A stretch of 64,000 nt of DNA. Source: Isurus oxyrinchus. Its lineage: Eukaryota. The stretch lies in the NCBI GenBank assembly GCA_026770705.1, contig JANJGN010000557.1, forward strand, positions 62,001-126,000. Reading direction: 5' to 3'. The notes under the pieces are model-generated. The model saw only the letters and a list, made by a program, of their open reading frames with translations, did no database searches and was not told the DNA's origin. The translations under genes and the position numbers were made by a program. Of this stretch, positions 37,301 to 50,319 are shown one piece after another; the stretch's first letter is position 1, and each line of letters opens with the position of its first letter.

Positions 37301-39260
37301 AGAATTGCTTTTGTATTTTGAAAGCAGGTTTCCAAGGATGAGATGGGAACTGAGAGGTCACAACAATCAGCAGCAACTTTCCTATTTTCAAACTTGGTGG
37401 GGAATGTGTCACTGAGCTGAATACACTTTCACTCCCAGACCCTTGAATTGCCAACACTGGGGTGTGGGTGATGGAGCAGTCCACAGCTCATGGAACCCTG
37501 GCTCATCATTCTCTCAGAGATCTGGGTCACTGATCCCATTGCTCTCTGTGGGATCTTCCTGTGCACAAACTCACTGCCACGTTAGTCACTATACTTCAAG
37601 AATTTCTTCATTGTCTGTGAAATGATTTGAAGTTTGCTGAGGTGGTGTAAGGCGCTATAGGAATGCACATCCTTCTTTTGTCAAATTGTTAGACATTTAA
37701 AAAGCATTAGGTAGACTGATGGGAGTGGATAACCTGATAACATTGATGGACACAGTCAATACATTTAATCATTGATATTAAAGTGAGTATTAGAGGTTGC
37801 TTAAGGACTGAACTGGAAGCTATCACCAGGTTATTGAGAATCAGACGGTCTGTTATAATAAACTGTGTTTTGTGTTAATGTGTAAACATCACAGTTTGTG
37901 TTATTTCCCATTGAGTGTTGAATGTGAATTGTTGAGTAATTATAACACAGCACTTACCAGAAATGTGAAGCTGGGTTACAGGGTAATAGTTATGGCTCGG
38001 ACCATTGTCAAATTCTATTCTGAAATAATAAGGTCCTGCATCTTCCCGTCTGATGTTGTTTATAATCAGGGAACAGTCGCCATCTTTCAGGTCTCCAGAC
38101 AGCCGGGTCCGATGGTGGAACCGTGGTAACTCGTGACTGTGATCCTTGGAGTGAAAGGCAATGGGAGGCCAGAATTTGTATTTCTCATTATTTAACCAGA
38201 TTCCGACTTGTCGTTTGTTTTCAAAATATGCTGGATAACTGTAGTGACACCGCATCTGTACACACGAACCTTCCTGCGCTGTCACCTCTCGTGGAGTGTC
38301 ACCTTTCCACTCTTGTGACAGTCCAACTGGGGAGAGAAATATCAATATTTAACCCTGGATCCTCATTGTCTAAGGAATCTCTTTGGATCCTCATTGTCTA
38401 GGGGATTATTTCTGATCCAAACCCCATATTGTTGTATTGTTGATTCCGATGCAGCATTGTAGACTGACTTGTCCCCAAGCTCAGCACTGACCCTACTCCA
38501 GCAGACACTGTGAAACACACTAACAAAGCGCCTCTAGCTTGAGCTCTGCCTGTGTCAAGAGCAAAGACAAATATACAAATTGAATATTGACCCCTTTACA
38601 CACGGACAGCTTTACCTTCCTTCTCTCTTTCAGTTATCTTGCTCCCTTATTGAAGTTTCTAGCAAGGTGAGAATGGACAGGAAGTGTGACACTGAACAGC
38701 CTGTCTATTCTAGGAGCTGCTGTGTTGTCTTCATGGGAAATTCTGACTAAAATCAGCAAAAGACACTAATTTCAGGCCATTGCTGTCAGAGTCCTAGCCA
38801 CAAGATAGACTTCATCCCCTGAATTTTGTGTCCAATTTTATACTCAAACTTTCACCTCCGCACACATCCACCCCGACCCCACAAGTCACTCGCTGACCTA
38901 CACTGGCTCCCAGTCCAGCAACGCCTTGATGTGATTATTTTCACACTTGATTTCCAATCCCTCCATCACTCCGCTCCACTCCCTGTCTCTGTAACCTCCT
39001 CCAAACCTACAACCTTCTGTGATCTCTGCACTCCTCCAATTCTGCTGTCAGACAGGGAGTCAGTGTATATCAGTGAGCAAAGGGGTGATGGGTGAATGGG
39101 ACTTGGTGTGAGTTTGTACACTGGCTCACTGCTGAATCAGTTCCCAATCAGAGCTCAATAAGAATGATCTTTTACGAAGACTATTAACCATAAATCTATC
39201 TGAGCTGACGATGATATTACCTTGGAGAAGTGACAGGAGGCAGTAATATTTCCCGATCAT
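31327..39260 (-). CDS. Siglec-like receptor copy B: leader-V-C2-C2-TM(Arg)-short tail, 375 aa, activating type
   Basis: Exons 39260-39221, 38326-37958 (YYFRIE), 36646-36350, 33451-33170, 31466-31327 (ILHVILILGIRAVIF..). Intact; a ~10.8-kb duplicate of unit A. Confidence 0.9.
33895..36170 (+). mobile_element. CR1 LINE ORF2 remnant in intron of copy B (duplicated with unit)
   Basis: Near-identical to 23120-25390. Confidence 0.9.
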
Positions 39261-40059
39261 TGTCCACTCCCAGATATTTCAACAGCTTCTGACTCTCAAA
39301 CTCTGAAAGAGAAAGGAGTTAATGAGACCTCACCTCTTGTCCGACAGCTCTCGAGAGATCAGAACTGCTTTTAGACAATGTCTTCACAGATTAATTTGAT
39401 ACTCTGTGGGATGATAGGTGCTCTGGCGAGAGTTACAAGGCTTGAAAAAGAAAAACAATGAAGGACTTGCATTTCTATATCGCCTTTCACCTGCTCAGGA
39501 CACCCCAAAGCTCATGTCCCTGCTCTTCCCTCATCCCTTGAGCTAGAAAGATGTTCTGTACAACAGACTTGAGCCTCACACCCAGATCTCAATAATCAGT
39601 AGAAATCTTTCAAAGGCGTCAATCATTGGAATCTGTCTTTATAAAGTCACAACATCAACAAAGGACGGTGTTGGTGGTGGAAGTGAATTCCAATCGTTCC
39701 GTTACTTACCCAGGACCTGTCCGACTGCTCGCCTGGGGAGGAACTGCCCACACGCTCTGCTTGGGCTGAATGACCTCCCTCTGTGTATTTAATTAGAAAG
39801 GGTTGATGTGTCTCTGTGAGACAAAATGAGGAAGTAGCAAAGGAGTGAGTAAACAGGCAGTAGGAATGAGTGCTTCATACCACAAAGCGTTACAACATAA
39901 TCACACTTTTGACCTATTTATTGTGACTCTGTGATGCTTCTCTTCTGTTGTTTGCTATTTGGTAACGTCAGTTTTCTACCATGGCTCCGAGGGTTAATAT
40001 TAAATTGTGCTGTTGCAGGGTAAATACTGAGCAAGTGCGGCACCATTAGGGGTCAGTTC

Positions 40060-40680
40060 TGATGGGGTGCTGCTCTGTCGCAGGATCAGGTCTGAAGAAG
40101 TGCTGCTCTGTTGGAGGGTCAGCAGCAAAGGAGTTCTGCACTGTAGAGTATTGTTGTATTGTTGCTGAGGGCGTGCTGCACTGTCAGAGGGTCAGTACTG
40201 AGGGAGTGCTGCACTGTCAGAGGGTCAGTACTGAGAGAGTGCTGCACTGTCAGAGGGTCAGTACTGAGGGAGTGCTGCACTGTTGGAGGGTCAGTACTGA
40301 GGGAGTGCTGCACTGTCGGTTGGTCAGTACTGAGGGAGTGCTGCACTCTTGTATGGTCAGTACTGAGGGAGTGCTGCACTGTTGGAGGGTCAGTACTGAG
40401 GGAGTGCTGCACTGTCGGTTGGTCAGTACTGAGGGAGTGCTGCACTCTTGTATGGTCAGTACTGAGGGAGTGCTGCACTGTTGGAGGGTCAGTACTGAGG
40501 GAGTGCTGCACTGTTGGAGGGTCAGTACTGAGGGAGTGCTGCACTGTCGGTTGGTCAGTACTGAGGGAGTGCTGCACTCTTGTATGGTCAGTACTGAGGG
40601 AGTGCTGCACTGTTGGAGGGTCAGTACTGAGGGAGTGCTGCACTGTTGGAGGGTCAGTACTGAGGGAGTGCTGCACTATC
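40060..40680. repeat. 33-bp array at junction of units B and C
   Basis: About 16-18 units with a higher-order 3-unit pattern. Confidence 0.9.
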
Positions 40681-42090
40681 TAAAGAACATTGTACAAGTT
40701 TCACAAAATTGCATCTAATGCCTTTGTCTCACTAACTTCAAATTTAGAACAGGAATATTTCTCGCTGTTTCTGAGCAGCAAGGCAGCTTTGATATCACAC
40801 CACCCAATGGCAGGAGTGCCTAACTACAATGTGACATGTTTACATGGGAAGTTTCCATTATAATGATGGGCACAATAATTCACATGATTGGAAAATCATC
40901 ACAACATGAAGTAATGTCTTTGAGCCAAGAATTTGCAGTAAAATGAGAATTTTAATGTGTAAATATTTACAGAACAGCCTGAGCATTTTAATCACTTGTG
41001 TTAATCAATGTAATTTTATTCATAAGCCAAATGCTTCTTACAATCTATTGCAGCATGAAAAAGGTGCAGCATTCAGAAAGCACATTCCAGAGAACAGAGT
41101 TTAGCAACGTCACATTTCTGTTCATTCCTATTCGACCATGTTGGCTGCACACAGCCAGACAATGCCGTGGTTATGATGTGTCCACACAGCAGGACTGGGG
41201 AGCACCAGGTATAAGGAAAAGTTTCAGCTTGCTGAGGAGAAGAAGGAGAATCTCTCGTTCCAGGATTCTCTCCGTACATTAAGAAGCAGGCATGCCGATG
41301 TTTCATTGCACTCAGTCTGCTGATGGGAGTCCGCTTGGAAATTGCTGTTTGTGCTGATGGAAAGAATAAGCTTTTCATAAATCGAGGGATTGAGAACAAA
41401 CACAGGGAGGTTATGCTGAACATTTATAAAGCTCTGGTTAGGTCACAACTAGAGTATTGTGTCCAGTTGTGGTCTCCTCACTTTGGGAAGGAAGTGAGGG
41501 TCCTTGAGAGGTTAGGGAGGAGATTGAGCAGAATGGGTCCAGGGATGAGGGATTTTAGCTACAAGGTTGGGTTGGAGAAGCTGGGGTTGTTCTCCTTGGA
41601 GCAAAGGAGATTGAGGGGGGATCTGATCGAGGTGTACAAGATGATGATGGGTTTAGATCAGGTAGACAAAGAGAAGCTGTTGCCATTAGCTGATGGTACA
41701 AGGACTGGGGGACACAGATTGAAGGTTTTGGACAGAGGGGGTGATGTGAGGAGGAACTTTTTTACACAGCGAGTGGTAATGAGCTGGAACTCGCTGCCTA
41801 CCAGGATGGTGGAAGTGGAGACGATGAACGATTTCAAAAGGAAATTTGACGGACAATTGGAAATAAACTCACAGGGATACGGGGATAGAGAGGGGAAATG
41901 GGACTGACTGGATTGCTCTACAGAGAGACAACATGGACTCAATGGGCTGAATGGGCTCCCACTCTGCTGGAATGCCTCTCTGATACGAAGGTGATTCTAA
42001 CCAGGACACTGACCAGTTTCTTTACAACTTAACCCAACATCACACGTTATTTGTCCGTACTGACTGACCAGATTGTTGCTCTACAAAGCT

Positions 42091-45000
42091 TCAAACAGTC
42101 TGTCGACTTCCTTTCACTGTTTGTCTCTCCCAGACACAGACTCCAGCGATAGTGATAACCACAGCCACAAGGAATATCACAGCTCGTATTCCCAGGATCA
42201 GGATCACGTGCAGAATCTCTCCTCCACTGTCTAGAGAACACACAGAAAGAAATCATCACTGACTCTCCGCTTTCAATCTCTCACTCTGGCTGAACAATCA
42301 AGCTTCATATCACTGCAACATTTGCTGTAATATTGACCCATCCACTGGGATTCAATGTGGAATGAATGTTTTCATTGTAAACACTCTAAGAGTGGACAAT
42401 CGGAACTTTCCCCTTAGCGTGGAACATTGGTGAGAATGGATCATTGTGCTGTTGGACTCCCTGTCCAATGTTTCTCTCCATCGCTGTGTACAGGATTGTG
42501 CTGTAGAAAATTCTGGAAACGTTTAGTGCAGGGTGGAAATCCATCTCGGACGTGTGTGCGAATCGGGCAGGATCGAGATGGACTCCCCCATGGACTTACA
42601 CACCCCGTTTAATGAACAGTTCCAATCTTTACCCAGAGAGAGGGGAGAATGTGGAACTCGCTCTCACTGGGACTGGTTGAAGTGAACAGTATCGATGTAT
42701 TTAAGGGGCAGGAGGGTCGGTAACCAGAGGGACAAGATTGACGAACCGGAGGTGGAGATGAGGAGAATTTGTTTTGACAGAGCGAGTTGTTGTGATCTGG
42801 AAGGTTCTGCCTGAAAGGGCGCTGGAAGCAGATGCAATAGGAACTTTCAAAAGGGAAATTGGATAAACACTTGAAGGAGGATGATGGTGGCAAAGTGGAG
42901 TGTTGGTTAGTGGATCTGATTGGATAGAACATTGAAAGACCTGGCACAGGCACAATGGGCTGAATGGCCTCCTCCTGTGCTGTATCATTCTCCGCTTCCA
43001 TGATCTCTCCCCCAGTCAGTAACCACTCCAGATCCCTCTTGAAGGCAACAGAGAAACAGGAACTACCACACCCACTGACAGCACATTCTCAAGGATCCCT
43101 ACTCTCTGGGAAAAGATGACCTCCCCAACATCCAGCCTATTCCTGCTTCCCAGAGAGTGTAAACCCTTCAGGGAGGCACTGAGGAAGTTTTCAATAAAAT
43201 GAATTATCAAATCTATCATTTGAGAAATATTTTAATTCTGATGAACTCACAGCTTGTGTAGCAAACTGGGAAGTGGAGTTGCTTGAAAAGCTGGGAAACA
43301 CAAGGATTAAGTGCTACAATGCCACCACTGGTGGGAGAATGTAACTACAGCGTGACATTTACATAGGCAGTCATCATTATAAACAGGGGCATTGGACATA
43401 CTGGGAAATATGTGCACTGGAAAGGTGAGTAAATGATGTAAGCTTTTCACCAGCAGGAATTCTCTAACTAAACCTCTCCACCTCTCTCTTACTCTCAGAT
43501 ACACAAACAAAATCACACAGAATCAGATAAGGAGGAGTTGGGACCGATGATTGTTCGAAGGGTTAGCTTTCAGGAAGCTTCTTAAAGGGAGAGAGAGAGT
43601 TGGAGAGGCAGAGAGTATCTGTGAGAGCCTCTATGCATCTGAGTGTCTGTAATAGACTTTGTAATTTCCATATACTTCCATAAATATGATTGGGAACACA
43701 AATCCCAGAATCCAGGCCAACTCTCCAGTGCAGTACTCAGGTAAACCACAGGGGAGTGTGTGCTAGTGTGTTTGTTCGTGAGTGTGTCTTTGTATTTGCT
43801 CATACATGTGTGTCTGCACGTGTCTATTTAGTTCTGTATATTTGAGGGTGTTTGTGTAATGTTTGAATCTGAGAGAGATGTTGAAGTCTGTGTACACTCA
43901 CGTTCCACAGTGATGGTTATGAAAACCCCCACTGCTCCATGTTCATTCTCTGCCACACACTGATAGTCTCCAGTGTCCCTGGATGTAACGTGAGGAATCA
44001 CCAACCACAGCTCATTGTTGGAACTTGTTCTGTTCATTTGGACATTAAGATGTCAGGGCAGGAATCAAGAAGCACGTTCGCAGGATTACCAACAGAAAGT
44101 GAACAACAATTTATACTTAATGGGAAGAGAGTGCTGATTGGTTGGCAAGTGGTCTCTGATAGGTGGAGGTGTTACCGTGGAGAATGGTGTGTGCGAGATG
44201 TAAAGTTTAGACAGCTTGTCTCTTCATTCAGCAATAATCAAATAAAGATCAATTAACTTCTATCGACTGTGAAGCACTTTGAGAGGACTGAGAATGTGGA
44301 TACTGAGAATGGGCTGCACTGTCAGAGGGTCAGCGCTGAGGGAGTGCTGATGTAGAATGAAAGTGTATGTAATTACCTTGCACAGTTAGTACGAGGGTCC
44401 GCTCCGATGAAACAGATGGATATCTCACTCTGCAGCTGAGTGTGTGTCCGTGGTGTTTGAGTGATGGGATCAGGGTCAGAACAGAAGTATAGGTCAGAGA
44501 GACACCATGCTGAGTTACAGTGTTTGAGACTGATCCAGGTACGTCAGTGGGAGTGTCCCAGGTCAAGACAGGTGCTGCTGTTCCATTGCACGTTGTGTTG
44601 AAGGTGCAGCTTACATCCACACGCTTTCCTGCAATAATTTCAGCAGGGAAAATCGTGGGTTTATCTGTGAAATCTAACAGAAAGAGAATGGATCCTTTTA
44701 GAGAAACATAACGTGAAGCATCAGTTCAAATAGAAACCACAGTCCCACAAGAGAAAGCACTTTTACAAGGATGATATCAGAACTGAGAGGTTACAATGAT
44801 CAGGAGAGATTTTCTTGCTCTTTGGCAGTAGTGTTTCTGTCTCTCAGCTTAATACACGTTCACTCCGAGACATGTGAATTGAGAACACTGGATGAGAGAA
44901 GAGGCTCAGACCAGAGATTGGAGTTAAAAGCAGAATACTGCGGATGCTGGAAATCTGAAACAAAAACAAAAATTGCTGGAAAGACTCAGCAGGTCTGATA

Positions 45001-46650
45001 GTATCAGTGGAGAGGAAGACAGGGTTAACGTTTCGAGTCCGTATGACTCTTCATCAGACCAGAGGTTTGAGTTCACTGGCTTCTCATTTCCTCAGTGATC
45101 TGGGTGATTTATCACCTTGTGGTTTGTTGGATCTTGCTGTGCACAATCTGCCTGCTGTGTTTTACATCTGTGACTACAATTCAGGAATAATTTCATTGGC
45201 TGTGAAGGGATTTGGATCCTCCTGAGGTGGTAAATTGCGCTGCAGAAATGCACATCTTTCTTTTATCGATACGTCAGACTTTTAAACAGGACAGGAGAGA
45301 TTGATGGGAATGGATAACCTGATAATACAGTTAATGCTTTTCATCATTGATATTAAAGTGAGTATTAGAGGTTGCTTTAGGACTGAACTGGAAGCTATCA
45401 CCAGGTTATTGAGAATCAGACAGTGTGTCTGATGTGTAAGCTGTGTTTTGTGTTAATATGTAAACGTCACAGTTTGTGTTATTTCCCATCAAGTGTTGAA
45501 TGTGAATTGTTGAGTAATTATAACACAGCACTTACCAGAAATGTGAAGCTGGGTTACAGGGTAATAGTTATGGCTCGGACCATTGTCAAATTCTATTCTG
45601 AAAAAATAAGGTCCCGCATCTTCCCGTCTGAAGTTATTTATAATCAGGGAACAGTCGCCATCTTTCAGGTCTCCTGACAGCCGGGTCCGATGGTGGAATC
45701 TTTGATCCCTGTGACTGTGACCTTCGGAGTGAAAGGCTATAGACCATTTAGGCTGTGGATTCACATCTATTCCTTTCAACCAGATTCTGACACGCGATCT
45801 CCCTACTAAATTTGATGAGTAACTGTAATGACATGGAATCTGTACACACGAGCCTTCCTGTGCTGCAACCTCTCGTGGAGTGTCGCCTTTCCACTCTTGT
45901 GACAGTCCAACTGGGGAGAGAAATATCAATATTTAACTCTGGATAGTTTGTAGATCCACTAGACTCGATATCCACTCCCTCCATCACTGGGGCACAGTGG
46001 CTGCAGTGTGGACCATCTACAGGACACACAAGGAACTCCCCAAGGTTTCACAATGGATGGAAGAGATTCCTGGACACAGGAGTGGACAAGTTCATTCTAC
46101 ATTTGCTCATGGTCCTCAGGACCCTGTTTAGTGAAGCCAGTCTTCCACCCAACACAGTGTCTACAAGATACACAGGGAAACTGTGTAAACATCTCATCTC
46201 TCTACACTGACTGGCTTGGCTTCGGTTTAACTTTCAGTTATTTTACTTCCTTATTGTGGTTGCTATGGTGAAACTGTGCAGGAAGTGTGAGGGCTGGACT
46301 CTCTGTCTATTCTCACTGCAGCTGTGATGTGGTCGTGGTGATTGTCAGTAAAATGAATCCCTCTGATCTCCTCCATCCCCGAGGTTTAGCGAGTGAATTC
46401 CAGAGCTCAGGCCCCAGGCAGCTGAAGGCCCGGCCGCCAGTATTGGAGTGATGGGAATCGGGGGATGGTCAAGAGGCCGGAATTGGACTAACACAGAGAT
46501 CTGGGAAGTTGTTTGGGTGAGTTGCAGGAGGTTACAGAGATAAAGAGATAAGAATGATCTTTTACAAAGACTGTTAAACATAAATCTATCCGAGCTGATG
46601 ATGATATTACCTTGGAGAAGTGACAAGAGAAAGTAAGATTTCCCGATCAT
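42091..46650 (-). CDS. Siglec-like receptor copy C: leader-V-C2-TM(Arg); second C2 exon half-deleted
   Basis: Exons 46650-46611 (MIGKSYFLLSLLQ), 45910-45536 (V), 44673-44377 (C2), 42230-42091 (TM Arg). The C2b remnant 43902-~44054 lacks its 5' half and acceptor; skipping it keeps the frame. Confidence 0.78.
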
Positions 46651-47759
46651 CGTCCACTCCCAGATATTCCATCCACTTCTCACTCTCAAGCTGTGAAAGA
46701 GAAAGGAGTTAATGAGACCTCACCTCTTGTCCGACAGCTCTCGAGAGATCAGAACTGCTTTTAGACAATGTCTTCACTGACTAATTTGATTCTCTGTGGG
46801 ATGATAGGTGCTCTGCAGAGAGTTACAAGGCTTTAAGAAAGAAAAATAATGAAGGACTTGCATTTCTATAGCACCTTACACTATCTCCGGATGTCCCAAA
46901 GCTCATGTCTCTGCACTTCCCTCATCCCTTGAGCTAGAAAGATGTTCTGTACAACAGACTTGAGCCTCACACCCAGATCTCAATAATCAGTAGAAATCTT
47001 TCAAAGGCATCAATCATTGGAATCTGTCTTTATAAAGTCACAACATCAAAAAAGGACGGTGTTGGTGGTGGAAGTGAATTCCAATCGTTCTGTTACTTAC
47101 CCAGTACCTGTCCGACTGCTCGCCTGGGGAGGAACTGCCCACATGCTCTGCTTGGGCTGAATGACCTCTTCCTGTGCTGCTCCCTCTGTGTATTTAATTA
47201 GAAAGGGTTGATGTGTCACTGTGAATCAAAATGAGGAAGTGCTTGGTACCAAGTTAGAAAGCAATTCTTTGCCTCACACAGTTAGAAAACTGTTAACCCT
47301 TTGCGTACCAAGAATGTGGTTGAAGGGCCATCGACTGTTCACATGCAAGAGGCTCGAGGGAGCTGAATGGGCCTCCTCCAGTCCCTGTGTAACTGGCTCA
47401 TGTGGCTGAATGGGCCTCCTCCTCCGCTTCTTGTGTAACATGCTTGAGGGGCTGTTTGGGCCCCCTCATGTTCTTATATAAGATGCTTATGTGGCTGAAT
47501 GAGACTTCTCCTGTTCCTATGTCACTGACTTGAGGGGCTGAATGGACCTCCTCCTGTTCCTGTGTAACAAGCTCGAGGGGCTGAATGGGTCTCCTTTTCC
47601 TGTGCAACAGGTTCAGGGGGGCTGAATGGCCTCCTTCTCTCACTGTGTACCAGGCTCATGGGGTTGAGTGGGCCTCCTCCTGTTCCTGTGTAAAAGGCTA
47701 AAGGGGCTGAATTGGCCTTCCCCAGTTCCTGTGTACCAGGCTCGAGTACATTAGGAGCA

Positions 47760-48380
47760 TCATTGGGAGCAGCATTTCACTTGCACTTCCCTCAATTTAA
47801 TCTACTGCCTTCACTGCTCCCAATGTGGTCTCCTCTACATGGGACAGACCAAACACAGACTGGGTGATCGCTCTGATGAACACCTTCGGTCTGTCCACAA
47901 GCATGACCCAGACCTCCCTGTCACTTGCCATTTTAACACCCCACCCTGCTCTCATGCCCACATGTCCGTCCTTGGTCTCCATTATTTTTAAATGTTTTAC
48001 ATCTGTTGTTGTATCTCTACCTTTTAGCCTATTTCAATCCTTTCCCCCACCCCACCCCCACTAGGACTATCTGTCTCTTGCTCGTCCTGCTTTCTACCCT
48101 TAATGTCCCCATTAGCACATTCCTCAGATAATATCACCACCGTCAACACCCCTTTGTCCTTTTGTCTATCACATCTTTGGCAACCTCTTCTTTGCCTCCA
48201 CCTATCACTGGCCCACAATCCAGCTCTACCTGCCCCACCCCCTCTACCAGCTAAAACGTCACCTCATTTCTCGATTCCCTTAGTTCTGATGAAGAGTCAT
48301 ACAGACCCAAAACGTCAAGTGTGTTCCTCTCCGCAGATCCTGTCAGACCTGCTGAGTTTTTCCAGCTATTTTTGTTTTTG
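47760..48380. mobile_element. Penelope/GIY-YIG-like retroelement remnant with SINE-like tail
   Basis: TCTACTGC..CACTGCTCCCAATGTGGTCTCCTCTACAT.GG..ACCAAAC.CAGACTGGGTGATCGC resembles GIY-YIG coding (YC..CSQCGLLY.G.T..RLGDR), decayed. Confidence 0.5.
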
Positions 48381-50107
48381 TTCCCGTTCATGTGGAACAG
48401 GCTTGAGTGGCTGAATGGAACCCCAATTGTTCCTGTGTAACAAGCTTGTGGAGGCTGAATGGGTCTCCTGTACCTGTGTAACAGGCTCAAGGGGACAGAA
48501 TGGGCCTCCTCCTGTTCCTGTGTAACAGGCTCGAGGAGGGTGAATGGGCCTCCTGCTGTTCCTGTGTAACAGGCTCAAGGGGACAGAATGGGCCTCCTCC
48601 TGTTCCTGTGTAATAGGCTCGAGGAGGGTGAATGGGCCTCCTCCTGTTCCTGTGTAACAGGTTCAAAGGGATAGAATGGGCCTCCTCCTGTTCCTGTGTA
48701 ACTGGCTCAAGGGGACAGAATGGGCCTCCTCCTGTTCCTGTGTAACAGGCTCGAGGGGCTGAATGTCCTCCTCTCATTAAAAATAAATACTGCAGATGCT
48801 GTAAATCTGAAATAAAAACAGAAAATGCTGCATTAACTCAGCAGGTCTGGCAGCAGCTGTGGAGAGAGAAACAGAGTTTTTGCTTTGAGACTCTGAAGAA
48901 GGGTCATACGGACTCGAAATGTTATTTCTGTTTATCTCTGCACAGATGCTGCCAGACCTACTCAGTTTCTCCAGCATTTTCTGTTTTTATTTCAGGTGCC
49001 CTCTTGTTCCTGTGTAGCAGGCTCGAGGGGGCTGAATGGCCTCCTCCTGTTCCTATTCAATGGGCAGTTAAAGCATGTGTCTGATTTTGGACCTCGAACC
49101 CAAATCTGTCCTCACCTCATTAACAGAGAAAATGACCAGTTACAGATCAATGCAGGAGGATTATTTATTTTCCCAATCTTTGAATCAAGCATCTCATCAA
49201 ACACAGAGCGGAACCAGGATCAAGTATGTTGGTCTCTGTGATCTGTAACACATCGCACAGTCCACCCATCCACTCACCATCAGGATGGATGCTAATTGTA
49301 CTCTCCAAGTGTGAAAGACTAACATGGTGGTTTATTGCAGCTCTATCTCATTCTGTTATCAAAGCTGTCTCATCCATCCATGACATATTGAAGAAGATAA
49401 ACCTGCAAACAATTTTTCACATCATAGTTTTCAATGTTCATTGGCAACATGAATGTAAACATGTCACGCTGAAATGATGTCCTCCCACCAGTGGTGGCAC
49501 TGTAGCACATCTGTTATCATCTGAGCTGCAGAGAATTTCTCAAATCTCCAATCAAATTGTTTCCGTGTTTCCCAGATTCTTCTTTGTTTCGCTGTTTAAC
49601 GATGAAGTGTAAAATCCAAATATATATCTGAAAATACTTTTGACTACAAAATCGTGAGTAAATTTTGCCAATCTCCTCTGCTCCAATTATCCACCGATCC
49701 TGCATTTCCTGAAGTCCACACTGGCTGATGAATATTCTGTAAACACTGACAGACAGAAAAGTGAATAACAGAATGAAAATTAACTCAATCACGGACACGG
49801 GATTGAATTTGTCCGTTCTGTCCTGGTACATCATCGAACGATATCTAAAGACATTTACAATCAGAATGGAGAGAAGGATGTTTCCAACAGTGAGGGACAA
49901 TTCTGAAGGAGGATGTTCGAATTGAAACCCACAGACAACCATCCTGGATAGATCATTCCGAAGAAATTCCATCAGATTGTAACAAGAGGTTTAAATCTAT
50001 TTCCTGGGAGTGAGTTCCTGTGGATATTAGGAAGGTAAGTTAGAGTTTTGAATGATTCTCCCATTCTGTATTCTCCCCACACTGTGTGTGTCTCATTCTT
50101 GCTCAGT

Positions 50108-50224
50108 TTATAAATTCCCATAAACAGAATCCTTGGCAAAATCACAGTTTGCGTAAAGATCATCATCTGTATCAGGATTGACTCCGCGGTTAGATTTCAT
50201 TTCCAGATCCTTCTCATCGTTCTT
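50108..50224 (-). CDS. Terminal cytoplasmic exon with Tyr motifs LYANC and ITIM SVYGNL
   Basis: ctattacag| KNDEKDLEMKSNRGVNPDTDDDLYANCDFAKDSVYGNL TAA. Confidence 0.8.
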   Translation of the reverse strand, partial: KNDEKDLEMKSNRGVNPDTDDDLYANCDFAKDSVYGNL

Positions 50225-50319
50225 CTGTAATAGAAACAGAAATGATCAGAGTGACAATCAGAGTGATCAGTGTTTAGTATTATTGATCCAAATCGAAAAT
50301 TCCAACCATAATAGAAACA

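Noticed and set aside
40060-40680. 33-bp repeat arrays as CRISPR, or their long ORFs (RECCTVGGSVL)n as genes
   Set aside because: Head-to-tail units with no unique spacers in eukaryotic DNA; the ORFs are by-products of a 33-bp period.
49517-49972. 151-aa minus-strand ORF
   Set aside because: Lies in the presumed 3' UTR of copy D and has no recognisable domain.
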